NCBI GenBank assembly: GCA_963835575.1
Contig: CAWIGG010000004.1
Span: forward strand, 736,001-800,000
Direction of reading: 5' to 3'
Source of the DNA: an uncultured Spirochaetota bacterium
GTDB lineage: Bacteria > Spirochaetota > Brevinematia > Brevinematales > JAOACQ01
DNA: 64,000 nt
How positions within the stretch are numbered: position 1 is the stretch's first letter; every line of letters begins with the position of its first letter. Of the stretch, positions 9,703 to 20,125 are shown in pieces. The translations under genes and the position numbers were made by a program. Under the pieces are notes generated by a model. That model saw only the letters and a program-made list of their open reading frames with translations, was not told where the DNA came from and searched no databases.

Positions 9703-11397
9703 ATGTACGACGATTTACTTGAAAATGAGGATGTGAACCGGCTTATAAAATACGGAAAAGAAAAAGGCATGCTGACTTATGATGAAATTCTGGACCGGCT
9801 GCCTGAATCGGTGATCACATCCCCGGAAGGCATTGATAACGTCCTTCGCTTACTGGAAGAAAATGAAGTGAATATAGCGGACGCGTTTCTTGAGGAATTT
9901 GATGAGTTTATTGAAGACTCATATGACGAAATCGATTCAATCATAATAGAAAGCGAGGACGAGCAGTCCGATAATCCGCTCAGGATCTATTTGAAGAAAA
10001 TAGGCAAGATCCCTCTTTTGGCCCAGCCGCAGGAAATTGAAATTGCTAAAAAAATCGAGGAAGGCCAGCTCAAGATCAACAGTTCCGTCTATGACGCGGG
10101 ATTTCTTGTGCCTGAAATCAATGAGATTATTGAGGACATACTGAAAGGAAAAGGCAAGCTTTATAATTTCTTTAATCTTCCTAAAATCTATAATATCACG
10201 GCAAAAGAAAGAAAGGAAAGAATGAAGATCATCGCCAAAGTAGCCAGCTATTTGAAGGATTTTTATAATGAAATGGAAAGAATAGATAAAGAATGGGAAA
10301 ACTCGGATGAAAAAGAAAAAGCGGAACTGAAGGAAGAAATCAGAAAAATCAGAAGAAAATTTGTTGACGATATCAAGACAATCGATATTAACCAGAAAAT
10401 CCTCCTGAATGCCGCTGAAAAATTGATTTATGTGGCGGAAGAGCTGGAAAAGACCCAGGAATATTTCAAGAAAGTAGAAGAGGTGAATAATCTCAGTGTT
10501 ACCGAGATATATAAACTTTCAAGACAGAACCAGGGTAATGAGTCATTAAAGAGTCTGGTCCAGGGCCTTAAGGAAAAAGAAGCGAAAATAAAAGAAATCG
10601 GGAATAATTACAAAGCTTCAATAAAGGAACTGATCCACTGGTCCCATGAGATCCGGGAAGGTAAGAATATTGTCGAGGAAAGGAAGAAAGAGCTGGTGCA
10701 GGCGAATCTCCGTCTTGTTGTCAGTATCGGAAAGCGTTATATCAACAGGGGCGTTCATCTTTTCGACCTGATCCAGGAAGGAAATATCGGTCTCATCCGA
10801 GCCGTGGAAAAATTTGAGTACAGGAAGGGATATAAGTTTTCCACGTACGCCACCTGGTGGATCCGTCAGGCCATAACCAGGTCGATTTCAGAACAGTCCA
10901 GGACCATCCGTGTCCCGATCCATATGATAGAGCAGATCAACAAGGTCAAAAAAGCCGAAATGGACCTCACTCAGGACCTGGGCAGGCTTCCTTCCGTCGA
11001 GGAAATATCCACCCGCGTGGGATGGGGAATTTCAAAGGTTAAAAATATCAAGAGCGTGGCAAATGACCCTGTATCGCTTGAAACCCCTGTGGGAAGGGAC
11101 GAGGATTCGGCGCTGGGTGATTTTATTGAGGACATCAAGGCGGCAAGCCCGCTGAATTCAACGATGAATAATATGCTCCGGGAAAAACTGGGCGAGATTA
11201 TCGACCAGCTGCCGCTCCGGGAGCAAAAAGTCCTGAGGATGCGTTTCGGATTGGAAGACGGTTATTCACATACATTGGAAGAAGTGGGATATCTCTTCCA
11301 GGTTACAAGGGAAAGGATCCGCCAGATTGAGGCGAAGGCGCTGAGAAAGCTTAGAAATCCGAAACGCGTGAAAGAATTAATGGATTTTATTGATTAG
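9703..11397 (+). CDS. rpoD: Primary RNA polymerase sigma factor
   Basis: Region 1.1, ANLRLVVSI, DLIQEGNIGL, KFSTYATWWIRQAI, TLEEVG..VTRERIRQIE; downstream of dnaG. Confidence 0.97.
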   Translation: MYDDLLENEDVNRLIKYGKEKGMLTYDEILDRLPESVITSPEGIDNVLRLLEENEVNIADAFLEEFDEFIEDSYDEIDSIIIESEDEQSDNPLRIYLKKIGKIPLLAQPQEIEIAKKIEEGQLKINSSVYDAGFLVPEINEIIEDILKGKGKLYNFFNLPKIYNITAKERKERMKIIAKVASYLKDFYNEMERIDKEWENSDEKEKAELKEEIRKIRRKFVDDIKTIDINQKILLNAAEKLIYVAEELEKTQEYFKKVEEVNNLSVTEIYKLSRQNQGNESLKSLVQGLKEKEAKIKEIGNNYKASIKELIHWSHEIREGKNIVEERKKELVQANLRLVVSIGKRYINRGVHLFDLIQEGNIGLIRAVEKFEYRKGYKFSTYATWWIRQAITRSISEQSRTIRVPIHMIEQINKVKKAEMDLTQDLGRLPSVEEISTRVGWGISKVKNIKSVANDPVSLETPVGRDEDSALGDFIEDIKAASPLNSTMNNMLREKLGEIIDQLPLREQKVLRMRFGLEDGYSHTLEEVGYLFQVTRERIRQIEAKALRKLRNPKRVKELMDFID

Positions 11398-11584
11398 AGG
11401 ACAAATCCAAAAACAAAATGTTTTTGGATTTGTCCCGATTGGAATAAACTTTTTGGGAATACAAAAGATGCTGTTCCTCACCATTTTGTCAGGGCAGCTC
11501 CAGTGGAACTCAGAAAATGGTGAGGGACTGCATGATTCGGAACAACATCGGCAGTTCCAAAAAATATGAGTTTTTAGAACTGCC
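11398..11584 (+). repeat. Structured intergenic repeat, copy B (apical module replaced)
   Basis: 5' hairpin GGACAAATCCAAAAAC..GTTTTTGGATTTGTCC (11399-11435); 3' hairpin 11550-11584 nearly identical to 1352-1385; central CCTCACCATTTT..AAAATGGTGAGG; TTAG on both sides. Confidence 0.8.
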
Positions 11585-11602
11585 TTAGAAATTAAAATTT
11601 TA

Positions 11603-11631
11603 TTGAAATATTAAGTGATTATTCTTATAAT
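11603..11631 (+). promoter_or_regulatory. Sigma70-type promoter for speD
   Basis: TTGAAA-N17-TATAAT. Confidence 0.7.
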
Positions 11632-11658
11632 TTTTCAGACGAAAAAAGGAGATAAGGA

Positions 11659-12522
11659 ATGGAAGTCAAACCATTAAAGAAACTCAGGCTTTATGGTTTT
11701 AATAATCTGACAAAGACGCTGAGCTTTAATATGTATGATATCTGCTATGCCAAGACAACCCAGCACAGGCACGCTTATATTGAGTATATCGACGAGGAAT
11801 ACAACGCAGAGAGGCTGACCAGTATTTTAAGCGATGTGGCCAATATTATCGGCGCCACGATTTTAAATGTCGCCAAGCAGGATTATGATCCTCTGGGCTC
11901 AAGCGTCACGATGCTTATTTCGGAAGAAAAAATGCACCTTGAGGATATTGCCGGCGTCGAAACAATGGAAGCCTATCAGCACTCTGTTGTCAGCCATCTG
12001 GATAAAAGCCATATTACTGTTCACACGTACCCGGAAAGCCATCCCGATAACGGCATTAGCACATTCAGGGCTGATATAGACGTCGGGACATGCGGAAAGA
12101 TTTCTCCGGTTAAAGCGCTTAATTATCTCATTCACAGTTTTGGACCGGATATTATCATTATGGATTACCGGGTAAGGGGTTTTACCCGTGATATAGACGG
12201 CAAAAAATTCTTTATTGACCACAAAATAAATTCCATTCAGAACTATATTTCGGAAGAGACGCTTGACAGTTATCATGCAGTCGATGTGAATGTCTATCAG
12301 GAAAACATTTTCCATACAAAAATGATCCTGAAGGAATTCGACCTCGATAATTATTTGTTCGGAACGGGGAAAAAAGAGCTTCTGCAGGGAGAGAAAAAAA
12401 GAATCAAACAGCGCTTGAAAAAAGAAATGTCGGAGATATTCTACGGCCGTAATATTCCGAAGCTTCCCAAGCTGAAGATGAATTCGAGCGACGGGATCGA
12501 TGATGAGGATACCCGCGATTGA
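11659..12522 (+). CDS. speD: S-adenosylmethionine decarboxylase proenzyme (E. coli-type)
   Basis: [29 protein letters not shown] (pyruvoyl self-cleavage site), [20 protein letters not shown]. Confidence 0.95.
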   Translation: MEVKPLKKLRLYGFNNLTKTLSFNMYDICYAKTTQHRHAYIEYIDEEYNAERLTSILSDVANIIGATILNVAKQDYDPLGSSVTMLISEEKMHLEDIAGVETMEAYQHSVVSHLDKSHITVHTYPESHPDNGISTFRADIDVGTCGKISPVKALNYLIHSFGPDIIIMDYRVRGFTRDIDGKKFFIDHKINSIQNYISEETLDSYHAVDVNVYQENIFHTKMILKEFDLDNYLFGTGKKELLQGEKKRIKQRLKKEMSEIFYGRNIPKLPKLKMNSSDGIDDEDTRD

Positions 12523-12626
12523 TACTGTTTCAGTTCATTCAGTGTAAATAATTATGAAAGAAAGTTTCAATTATGACAGCGGACACCTTTTGTAAAATCT
12601 AAAATAAATATATTTGAGAGGAAAAT

Positions 12627-13202
12627 ATGACAAAAAAGATTTGTACCTTATTAGCATGCATCGGCATTGTTTCGGTTCTCTTAGCCGGAGCCGGATACTC
12701 CGCGGAAAAAATAACGAAAAAGGGGAAAAAAATGAATCGTGTCGCAGTGTTTGAAACCTCGATGGGGAGCTTTAAAATTGAGCTTTTTGAAGACAAAGTC
12801 CCGCTCACGACTAAAAATTTTATTGATCTGGTCAACAAAGGATTTTATAACGGATTGACGTTTCACCGTGTCATTGATGAATTTATGATCCAGGGCGGCG
12901 ATCCGAGCGGTAACGGTACCGGCGGCCCCGGCTATACAATCAAGGACGAGTTTAACAAGGATCTAAAGCACAGCGGGCCGGGAATTCTATCCATGGCAAA
13001 CGCGGGTCCGAATACCGGCGGTTCACAGTTTTTTATAACTCTTGTGCCATGTCCCTGGCTGGATGGAAAACACGCCGTTTTCGGCAAGGTTATAGAAGGG
13101 ATGAAAGTTGTCAGCGCGATAGGAAAAGTTGAGACAGACCCGCAGAACAATATGCCCATCAAGCCTGTTGTGATAAAAAAGATCACAATAGAAGTTAAAT
13201 AA
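12627..13202 (+). CDS. Cyclophilin-type peptidyl-prolyl cis-trans isomerase with signal peptide
   Basis: [41 protein letters not shown]. Confidence 0.95.
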   Translation: MTKKICTLLACIGIVSVLLAGAGYSAEKITKKGKKMNRVAVFETSMGSFKIELFEDKVPLTTKNFIDLVNKGFYNGLTFHRVIDEFMIQGGDPSGNGTGGPGYTIKDEFNKDLKHSGPGILSMANAGPNTGGSQFFITLVPCPWLDGKHAVFGKVIEGMKVVSAIGKVETDPQNNMPIKPVVIKKITIEVK

Positions 13203-13230
13203 GATACCGGTGAAACTTGTTTGTAATTTA

Positions 13231-14361
13231 CTATAATAATTTAGCTTTTAAAGGCGCCCGGATGGGCGCCTTTAATGTATGCAGGTAATAATTAAGGATC
13301 TTCTTCTTTAAAATATCAATATTAATGTCATCCCTGGCGGAAATAAAAATGCTTTCGGGATTTAACAGACGGTATTCAAGTATTTTTTTTTCGGGAAGAA
13401 GGTCGATTTTATTAAAACAGTTCAGAACCGGTATTGCTGAAGCGCCTATTTCCGTGAGAGTGTTTTTTATAACCTCTTTTTTTTCGGTAAAATCATGGGT
13501 AGATATATCAATAATATGAATGAGCAGATCCGCCTGAAGAGTGTCTTCCAGGGTGGATTTGAAGCTTTCTATCAGGCCATGCGGAAGGTCCCGGATAAAA
13601 CCGACCGTGTCGGTAATAACCGCATATACAGGTTTATTGTCTCTATAACCGAGCCAGATCTTTCTTGTGGTTGTGTCCAGGGTTGCAAAAAGCTGGTCTT
13701 CAATGAGCACATCCGCTTTTGTCAGGCGTTTAAGTAATGAGGATTTTCCTGAGTTCGTATAGCCGACTATGGCGATTTTAAATTCATTACTGCTCCTGTT
13801 TTTCCTCTGCTCCTGTCTTTCCTTTTCCGCTTCTTTAAGTTTTTTTCTGATCAGATAGATTTTTCTCTGGATCAACCTTCTATCCAGCTCGAGCTGCTGC
13901 TCGCCGGGACCGCGGGTGCCTATTCCGCCCCCCAGCCTGGAAAGCCAGATGCCTTTTCCCGATATGCGGGGAAGCTCATAAGACAGCTGGGCCAGTTCGA
14001 CCTGCAGTTTGGAAATTTTTGTCCGGGCATGAAGCGCGAAAATATCCAGAATCAGTTCAGTCCTTGTAATTACTTTTAAATTCAGCTCTTTTTCAAGATT
14101 ACGGATCTGGGTAGGCGTCAGTTCGTGATTGAAGACGGCAAGCGTAACATTTTTGCCGGAATAAAATGATTTGATTTCTTCGACTTTTCCTTTACCGATA
14201 TAATATTTTGAATCTATATCTTTTCTTTGCTGGATGAGAGTATCGATAACTACAGCGCCCGCGGTTTTAGACAGCTCTTTTAACTCCTGAAGAGATTCGG
14301 ATAGTCTTTCATAAGAATCAAAAGGAAGCTGGACGCCGAGAAGAACGGCATTTTCTTTCAT
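13231..14361 (-). CDS. hflX: GTPase HflX
   Basis: GGGIGTRGPGE, GYTNSGKSSL, LFATLD, DTVGFI, NKID. Confidence 0.97.
   Translation of the reverse strand: MKENAVLLGVQLPFDSYERLSESLQELKELSKTAGAVVIDTLIQQRKDIDSKYYIGKGKVEEIKSFYSGKNVTLAVFNHELTPTQIRNLEKELNLKVITRTELILDIFALHARTKISKLQVELAQLSYELPRISGKGIWLSRLGGGIGTRGPGEQQLELDRRLIQRKIYLIRKKLKEAEKERQEQRKNRSSNEFKIAIVGYTNSGKSSLLKRLTKADVLIEDQLFATLDTTTRKIWLGYRDNKPVYAVITDTVGFIRDLPHGLIESFKSTLEDTLQADLLIHIIDISTHDFTEKKEVIKNTLTEIGASAIPVLNCFNKIDLLPEKKILEYRLLNPESIFISARDDINIDILKKKILNYYLHTLKAPIRAPLKAKLL
13248..13275. terminator. Hairpin downstream of the cyclophilin gene, inside the hflX 3' end
   Basis: TTAAAGGCGCCC-GGAT-GGGCGCCTTTAA. Confidence 0.6.
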
Positions 14362-14367
14362 ATTTTT

Positions 14368-16203
14368 TTATTCTTTTAATAATGTGATCAATTCTCTGAT
14401 TGAATTGAGAGATTCATGGCTCCTCATAAGGGCATTCAGATATTTAGGGTTTTTTAATCCGCCTATCGTACGGATATTCCGGATATATTTTGGAGGCTTT
14501 GTATCAATATCGTTATATAATTTTGTGATAATATCAGTGATAATTATAAAATTTGGGAAAAATTCCTCAAAAAGTTCCTTAGCTTTGGTGTTGGCATAAG
14601 CCACATTCCTTTCCAGAGTTTTCTTTATTTCTGCCGGATTAATGTCCTTTTTTGACATGAGATTGACGATCTTTTTCCCGGCGACTCCATCGGAATTCAT
14701 GTCAAAATTAAAATCCCGTATTTTTTCCTCAAATTTTTCCATAGTATAAAAAGTATCTGAAACTGTTTTCTGGAAATATTTCTCTATAAAGAGCCCGTTT
14801 GTTACCGTCAGGTTGAGAATACTTTTTATTGATTCATCATAGAGATTCATAAGAAAAGTATTGATGATGCCCAGGTGATAACAGTAGATAAAGCCGATTG
14901 TGTCCATTTCTTCTATTTTCTTTGATTGTTCAATGCTGTAAATACCGACCCATTTGATACTGGCGAATATTTTTTTTACTAATGATTCTATTTTTTTTAA
15001 TTTCTTTTCTTTTAAGATATATTTTGCTATAAAATCGGTTCTCTGATCAAAAGTATCCCAGTAAATCTTATAAAGGTCGTATCTGGTGTGAATGAATGCC
15101 GGCAGATAACCGGGGTCTTCCTTTATCAGCTGTAATAATAAGGTGAAATAATTTTTTGACAATATGTCTTTCAGACTGTCAAAACAAATTATCAGTTCAT
15201 TTTCCAATTTTTCAGCAGCGCTTATAGGTGCATCATTCTCCTTCTCAGTTTCTTCTGCATTTGCCGAGGGCACAGATAAAATAGAGAGATAATTAGCGAC
15301 ATCCGAAAGCGTTTTAAACACGAGCACATTATCCATGGATAAATCTATCTGGAGAAGGTTTTCTTCCAGTTGAGATAGATACGGCAGAAGCGCTTCGCCT
15401 GAAATATCATTAAAAGCCGGACTGATACCGGGGTTGAATTGAGAGTCAAATCTTTTGAAGAACTGAATGAAATCAAAATCGGTCAAATTTTTTATATAGA
15501 TCAGATTTGTATATATTTTATTGGCCGCTTCTATGGAAGTTTTTTCTATCATGGATAAATATTCATTTACGGAGCGCTTAACGGCATCTTCAGCCAGCCT
15601 CACGCTCTCAAAGTCCGCGATCACCCTGCTTATGCCCTGATAGGAAAACTTATTATCCACCTCCTTTGAGTTTATGTTCATGATTTTCTCGAAAAATATC
15701 TCAATGCCGGTTTTTTGTATCTGATCGGAGTTGTTCCAGGCGTCCTGATTATCAAGGGTTTTTTCTATAATTTTTTTTAAAGTCAGGATCTTGAGATAAA
15801 CGTCATGGATTTTATAAGCGAAATATTTGGTAATATGCTGAGTTGAGGGATTATAAACGGGCGGTTTATGCCTGTTGAGGTTTTTTTCAATAATTTTCAA
15901 GGCCTTATGAATTTTATAGTTTTCAACGCTTTGAATACCGAAAAGAGAGAGGAAAAAAACATAGACCATCTCAAAGAAATTCAGTTCAACCTGTATTTCT
16001 TTTTTCCCCGACGTTTTACCGGTTTTCGGGCTGATCGTTTCTGAGGCTTTTGATTCGGCTTCCTCCGGCGGAATTTTAGCGGCATTTTTCTGAATCCTCG
16101 CTTTTTCTTCTTCGCTCAGCTGAAGAGCCTTGGGATCGAAAACTTTGTCGTTAAAAACACCCTTCTTTTTAGCCTGATCGACGGAATACTGGTCGTAAGA
16201 CAT
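14368..16203 (-). CDS. Conserved hypothetical protein (DUF5312-like, spirochaete type)
   Basis: 611-aa helical ORF between the PSP1 gene and hflX; family assignment from recollection only. Confidence 0.6.
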   Translation of the reverse strand: MSYDQYSVDQAKKKGVFNDKVFDPKALQLSEEEKARIQKNAAKIPPEEAESKASETISPKTGKTSGKKEIQVELNFFEMVYVFFLSLFGIQSVENYKIHKALKIIEKNLNRHKPPVYNPSTQHITKYFAYKIHDVYLKILTLKKIIEKTLDNQDAWNNSDQIQKTGIEIFFEKIMNINSKEVDNKFSYQGISRVIADFESVRLAEDAVKRSVNEYLSMIEKTSIEAANKIYTNLIYIKNLTDFDFIQFFKRFDSQFNPGISPAFNDISGEALLPYLSQLEENLLQIDLSMDNVLVFKTLSDVANYLSILSVPSANAEETEKENDAPISAAEKLENELIICFDSLKDILSKNYFTLLLQLIKEDPGYLPAFIHTRYDLYKIYWDTFDQRTDFIAKYILKEKKLKKIESLVKKIFASIKWVGIYSIEQSKKIEEMDTIGFIYCYHLGIINTFLMNLYDESIKSILNLTVTNGLFIEKYFQKTVSDTFYTMEKFEEKIRDFNFDMNSDGVAGKKIVNLMSKKDINPAEIKKTLERNVAYANTKAKELFEEFFPNFIIITDIITKLYNDIDTKPPKYIRNIRTIGGLKNPKYLNALMRSHESLNSIRELITLLKE

Positions 16204-16206
16204 TTC

Positions 16207-17223
16207 TTACTTCCCTATTTGAATATTTTCCTTGTTAAGAGAATTATTTGAATTATTTTCTCCGGTTATTCTGTAAATTAAGACTCCCGCGGAATCTTTT
16301 TTCAAAAACTTCAAATTTTCAAGAGGGAATTTCTTTTGATGATGATTTTCATCCAGAACATAGACTTCTTTTTTTATCAGATTATGAGAAGCGACGGAAT
16401 AATTTTTTATTCCATCCATAACGATGGAGCCGATTTCCGGATATTCTTTCTTTTCCTCATAGTAAAACTGGGCCTCATAAGAAAGACAGCACATCAGCCT
16501 TCCGCATGCGCCTGTCAGCTTGCTTGAATTAACGACAAACCCCTGGTCTTTGGCCATTTTGAGGTAGATGGAATTAATATGGCAATTGGAGCGCAGGCAG
16601 CAGTTAACGATGCCGCAGACGCCGTAGCCGCCGAGTATTTTAGCGGCGTCCCTTACGCCGATCTGCCGCATTTCTATTCTTGTTTTAAATATACTGGCCA
16701 GCTTTTTTACCAGCTGACGGAAATCAATCCGGTTATCCGCCGTAAAATTAAAAATTATTTTCTTTTTCTGATAGAGGAAATGGACATTGATCAGCTTCAT
16801 TTCCAATTTTAAGTCGCAGATTTCCTTTTTTGCGGAACAAAAAGCTTTTTTTTCTTCCTCGCGGTAGGCCTGCCATGTTTTTAATTCTTCATCTGAGACT
16901 TCTTTGATAATATGAAAATTTTCAATTTGCAGATGATCAATTTCTACCGGGATATGCTCATCTTTAGTTTCCAGGATGGAAGTATCATCTATCTCAATAT
17001 CTTCAATATCGGTTTCATTATTATGTTCCTGGACAGGCTTTTTAATCAGAAACCGCTCCTGCGGGATTTCTTTTATAATGGAAGTGGCAATACCGATATC
17101 CTCGCCGAATTTTGTATTGATAAGATAGTGTTTATCAAGTGTTACAGCTATTCCTTCCGGTGTAACATAGGGAAGGACCATGTTGTCGAAATATGTCTTT
17201 ATATACGCCGCTCTATATATCAT
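16207..17223 (-). CDS. PSP1 domain / RicT(YaaT)-like Fe-S protein
   Basis: FTADNRIDFRQLVK, RIEMRQIGVRD, G.CG...CC, KLTGACGRLMCCLSYE; ATG 17223 after AGGAGA. Confidence 0.9.
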   Translation of the reverse strand: MIYRAAYIKTYFDNMVLPYVTPEGIAVTLDKHYLINTKFGEDIGIATSIIKEIPQERFLIKKPVQEHNNETDIEDIEIDDTSILETKDEHIPVEIDHLQIENFHIIKEVSDEELKTWQAYREEEKKAFCSAKKEICDLKLEMKLINVHFLYQKKKIIFNFTADNRIDFRQLVKKLASIFKTRIEMRQIGVRDAAKILGGYGVCGIVNCCLRSNCHINSIYLKMAKDQGFVVNSSKLTGACGRLMCCLSYEAQFYYEEKKEYPEIGSIVMDGIKNYSVASHNLIKKEVYVLDENHHQKKFPLENLKFLKKDSAGVLIYRITGENNSNNSLNKENIQIGK

Positions 17224-17331
17224 AATAAAATCTTCTCCTATAGATAATAAACTAATTACCCTTGTCCGATTCAATCCGGCGGAAGGAATAATAAAAACAA
17301 TTGACATTAATAAGACTTTTTTATTATTTAT

Positions 17332-19097
17332 GGCCCTGCTGAAAAAATTCAAACACAAGCATAGGGGATATTCCGGCAAATTTTCAACCGCACAAGGAAA
17401 AAGATTAAGAAATCAAAGGCCATGTCGGCGGCAGCCTTCGATTTATCAGCCAAATAGCCCCGATATCTCTTGAAATTAATCCCGATTCCCCTTAAAAGCA
17501 TGCGGGTTTTGACTTTTACCAGACCACGGAACAAAATCCTGCCGCTCAAATACTTTGGTTTCAATAAACTCATCAATCCTTCTACGGCAGGGCGTAGTCC
17601 CATCAGAAATTTTCCTGCATCCATACATATCAATTCCAAAAATTCATCCATCCATTCCCTTTTGGCGTCTATTACCAGCCGACTTTGCTTCTTGCCGACA
17701 CAGGCCAGACAATTTTCTTTCTTATCGCAGGCGGCACATTTTTTTACATCAAAATTCAATACCACGGAACCATCTTCATTTTCAATAATGCTATTCGGGA
17801 TTTCTCCCGCCGGACACATCCCATATTTGCCGGTTTTTGGGTCTGTATACTCAGAAAGTTTCGCTTTGTTTTTTATCCCTTCCAGATCGACGCCGCGTAT
17901 CGCGCTCATTACCAGTTGAACGTCTTCGCCGCTCTCATTCCGAAGGTCTTCAGAATTATAACCGCCATCGCTTATCGCTGTTTCAATATTCGTTTCCTTT
18001 TTTAAATTAGATAGTTGCCTGCGGAATAAATCCCCATCGTCAGCATTATTTGATGCGGTTTCTATGCTGGTAATCACCTGCATCGGATTTTGAGGGTCAC
18101 AGGTTTCAACCGCGTTCACCTTATACCCGACATACTGTTTTCCCCGCTTCTCCCGGTAGGTCGCGTCTTCGTCCACCGGCGACTGCATCGATGAGGCTTT
18201 GATTTCCCGCGGCAGCTTCAGCGTCACCTTGCCTTCTTTTTCTATCCGGCATTGTTCCCGCAAAAGTCTCATTGCCTGCCGGAAACTCTTTTGTTTCCTG
18301 ACTTTATTGTGAAACACGTTCTCTGTAATCAGCCCGAATATTTCCTCGCCAATTTCCACCGTTTTCGATTCGTAATTCTCCTTTTTCAGTCGATAACTGA
18401 ATCCGTCCTCATTTTGTTTTAGAAAATCCTTACATCTTTCACTTAAGGAAAATCCAGCATTGGAAACATCTTCCGCCATATTGGACAACACTTTATGAAA
18501 CAGCATAACCCGATTCAGCCGCTTGATATTGGCCCCAATCATTACAGAATCTGTCCTCTGCAGTCCGGTTTTGATCCCGACCTCTCCAATTAAAAGATCC
18601 CGAAACTCATCAAATATAACGTCAAAAAGCCCGTCCTGATTCTCCGCCACAGCGGCACGAAAATAGTATAACGTCCTGATCGACATCTGCTGCGCGTTGA
18701 TGTCTTCCAATCCCAGCGCGTATCGAAACGATAAATCATATCGATACCGCTCAAACAACTGTTCATCGGTCAGAGAGAATAGCTCTTTCATGATTTCCAG
18801 CCCGGCTAATATGTTGACCGGGAAATTACTCCTACCAAGTTTTGGGTCATATAGTGGAGCAAACTTCCGCTCATTTATTTTTGAGAAAACTTTCTGGTAA
18901 AAAAGCCCGGCCCAGCTTTCATTTAAACTTTCTCTCATTTCCTGGTTCATTTCATATCTTACCGGATATAAATCCTGTTCTATATGTCTCTGATTCAGCT
19001 TGAACATTTTGACCTCTCTCTGATTCATGTGCATATATTATAACGAGTTATGCAACTTTTGTACATGAATCGGTAGGATTGTTTTTGCAGTAGGGCC
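17332..19097 (-). mobile_element. Complete insertion sequence (IS1182/IS5-like), 1766 bp
   Basis: Terminal IRs GGCCCTGCTGAAAAAA / GGCCCTACTGCAAAAA (14 of 16 match); 6-bp direct repeat ATTTAT at 17326-17331 and 19098-19103. Confidence 0.9.
17349..19007 (-). CDS. DDE transposase
   Basis: N-terminal GR.NFPV..L.GL...K...LTDEQL..FRYALG; RTDS, DEDATYR.K, GYK, SDGGY, R.AVEG; Cys-rich insertion. Confidence 0.9.
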   Translation of the reverse strand: MFKLNQRHIEQDLYPVRYEMNQEMRESLNESWAGLFYQKVFSKINERKFAPLYDPKLGRSNFPVNILAGLEIMKELFSLTDEQLFERYRYDLSFRYALGLEDINAQQMSIRTLYYFRAAVAENQDGLFDVIFDEFRDLLIGEVGIKTGLQRTDSVMIGANIKRLNRVMLFHKVLSNMAEDVSNAGFSLSERCKDFLKQNEDGFSYRLKKENYESKTVEIGEEIFGLITENVFHNKVRKQKSFRQAMRLLREQCRIEKEGKVTLKLPREIKASSMQSPVDEDATYREKRGKQYVGYKVNAVETCDPQNPMQVITSIETASNNADDGDLFRRQLSNLKKETNIETAISDGGYNSEDLRNESGEDVQLVMSAIRGVDLEGIKNKAKLSEYTDPKTGKYGMCPAGEIPNSIIENEDGSVVLNFDVKKCAACDKKENCLACVGKKQSRLVIDAKREWMDEFLELICMDAGKFLMGLRPAVEGLMSLLKPKYLSGRILFRGLVKVKTRMLLRGIGINFKRYRGYLADKSKAAADMAFDFLIFFLVRLKICRNIPYACV

Positions 19098-19133
19098 ATT
19101 TATTATATAACTAATTTTTAAACAGTTCAATTA

Positions 19134-19161
19134 ATTATATGTTGAGAAACAGGGTTGTCAA
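19134..19161 (-). promoter_or_regulatory. Near-consensus sigma70 promoter on the minus strand pointing into the IS
   Basis: Minus strand TTGACA (19161-19156)-N16-TATAAT (19139-19134). Confidence 0.65.
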
Positions 19162-19280
19162 GTGTTTGGTATAACTTAATAGCAGATGGGGAATTGTATT
19201 TTTCTTTCATTATTATTAAAATATAACTTTCTTTGTTTATAGAGGCAATTAACTATATCGCAGGCTTAAAAGGCTGGTAT

Positions 19281-20018
19281 ATGGATATTAACGTTTTAAA
19301 TATTTATAATGTTTTACTTGAAAAACATGGTTATCAGAACTGGTGGCCGATTGTCAAAGGAGATGAATGCTTATATCTGAATGAATACAGAGAAAGGGAA
19401 AGAACAGAGGAAGAAATCCTGGAAATCATGGTGGGCACCATACTCACCCAGAATACCTCATGGGAAAATGTTAAAAAAGCCCTGATTCAGATAAAAGAAA
19501 ATGGAATTCTTAATATTAATTCGCTGAATAAGATCAAATTACCGCAATTGGCGGCACTTATTAAGACTTCGGGGTATTATAACCAGAAGGCAAAAAAAAT
19601 TAAAACTTTGATGCAGTTCATTAACGGCTCTTTAAAAGGCAATTTATTGGAATTAAAGAAGTATTCTCTAATTGAAGCCAGAAAAATGCTTTTATCCATA
19701 TGGGGTATCGGTCAGGAAACAGCGGATTCCATACTTCTTTATGGGTTTTATTACCCGGTTTTTGTCGTGGATGCTTATACTAAAAGAATATTTTCCAGAA
19801 TAGGGTCTTTTGATGAAAAAAGCTCTTATAATGCAGTACAGGAATATTTCCATAAAAATCTTCCTGCCGACCGTCTTATTTATCAGGAATACCATGCGCT
19901 ATTGGTAGAGGTGGGTAAACATGTCTGCAGAAAGAAGCGGAATTGCTTTATTTGCGGGCTTTCAGAGCTGTGCCGGACTGCAGGACAAAGTACAATTTCC
20001 GCACACAAATGCACTTAG
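19281..20018 (+). CDS. Endonuclease III-related HhH-GPD protein
   Basis: WWP, GTILTQNTSW.NV, GIGQETADSILLY, FVVDAYT.R, C-terminal 4-Cys Fe-S motif. Confidence 0.9.
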   Translation: MDINVLNIYNVLLEKHGYQNWWPIVKGDECLYLNEYRERERTEEEILEIMVGTILTQNTSWENVKKALIQIKENGILNINSLNKIKLPQLAALIKTSGYYNQKAKKIKTLMQFINGSLKGNLLELKKYSLIEARKMLLSIWGIGQETADSILLYGFYYPVFVVDAYTKRIFSRIGSFDEKSSYNAVQEYFHKNLPADRLIYQEYHALLVEVGKHVCRKKRNCFICGLSELCRTAGQSTISAHKCT

Positions 20019-20125
20019 TTATGCACATACTGCATTAGGCTGTTTTTCTTGAATTTTCTTGAGAATAGGTTATGATATTGTTGTTAAACTTTTGAGCATG
20101 TTAAATAAATAATGGGGAAGGAAAG

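Noticed and set aside
17224..17379. N-terminal extension of the PSP1 ORF in the ORF track
   Set aside because: Runs into the IS end; the true start with RBS is at 17223
20001..20037. GCAC repeats and a DnaA-box-like TTATGCACA
   Set aside because: Single mismatched box and loose periodicity; no box cluster
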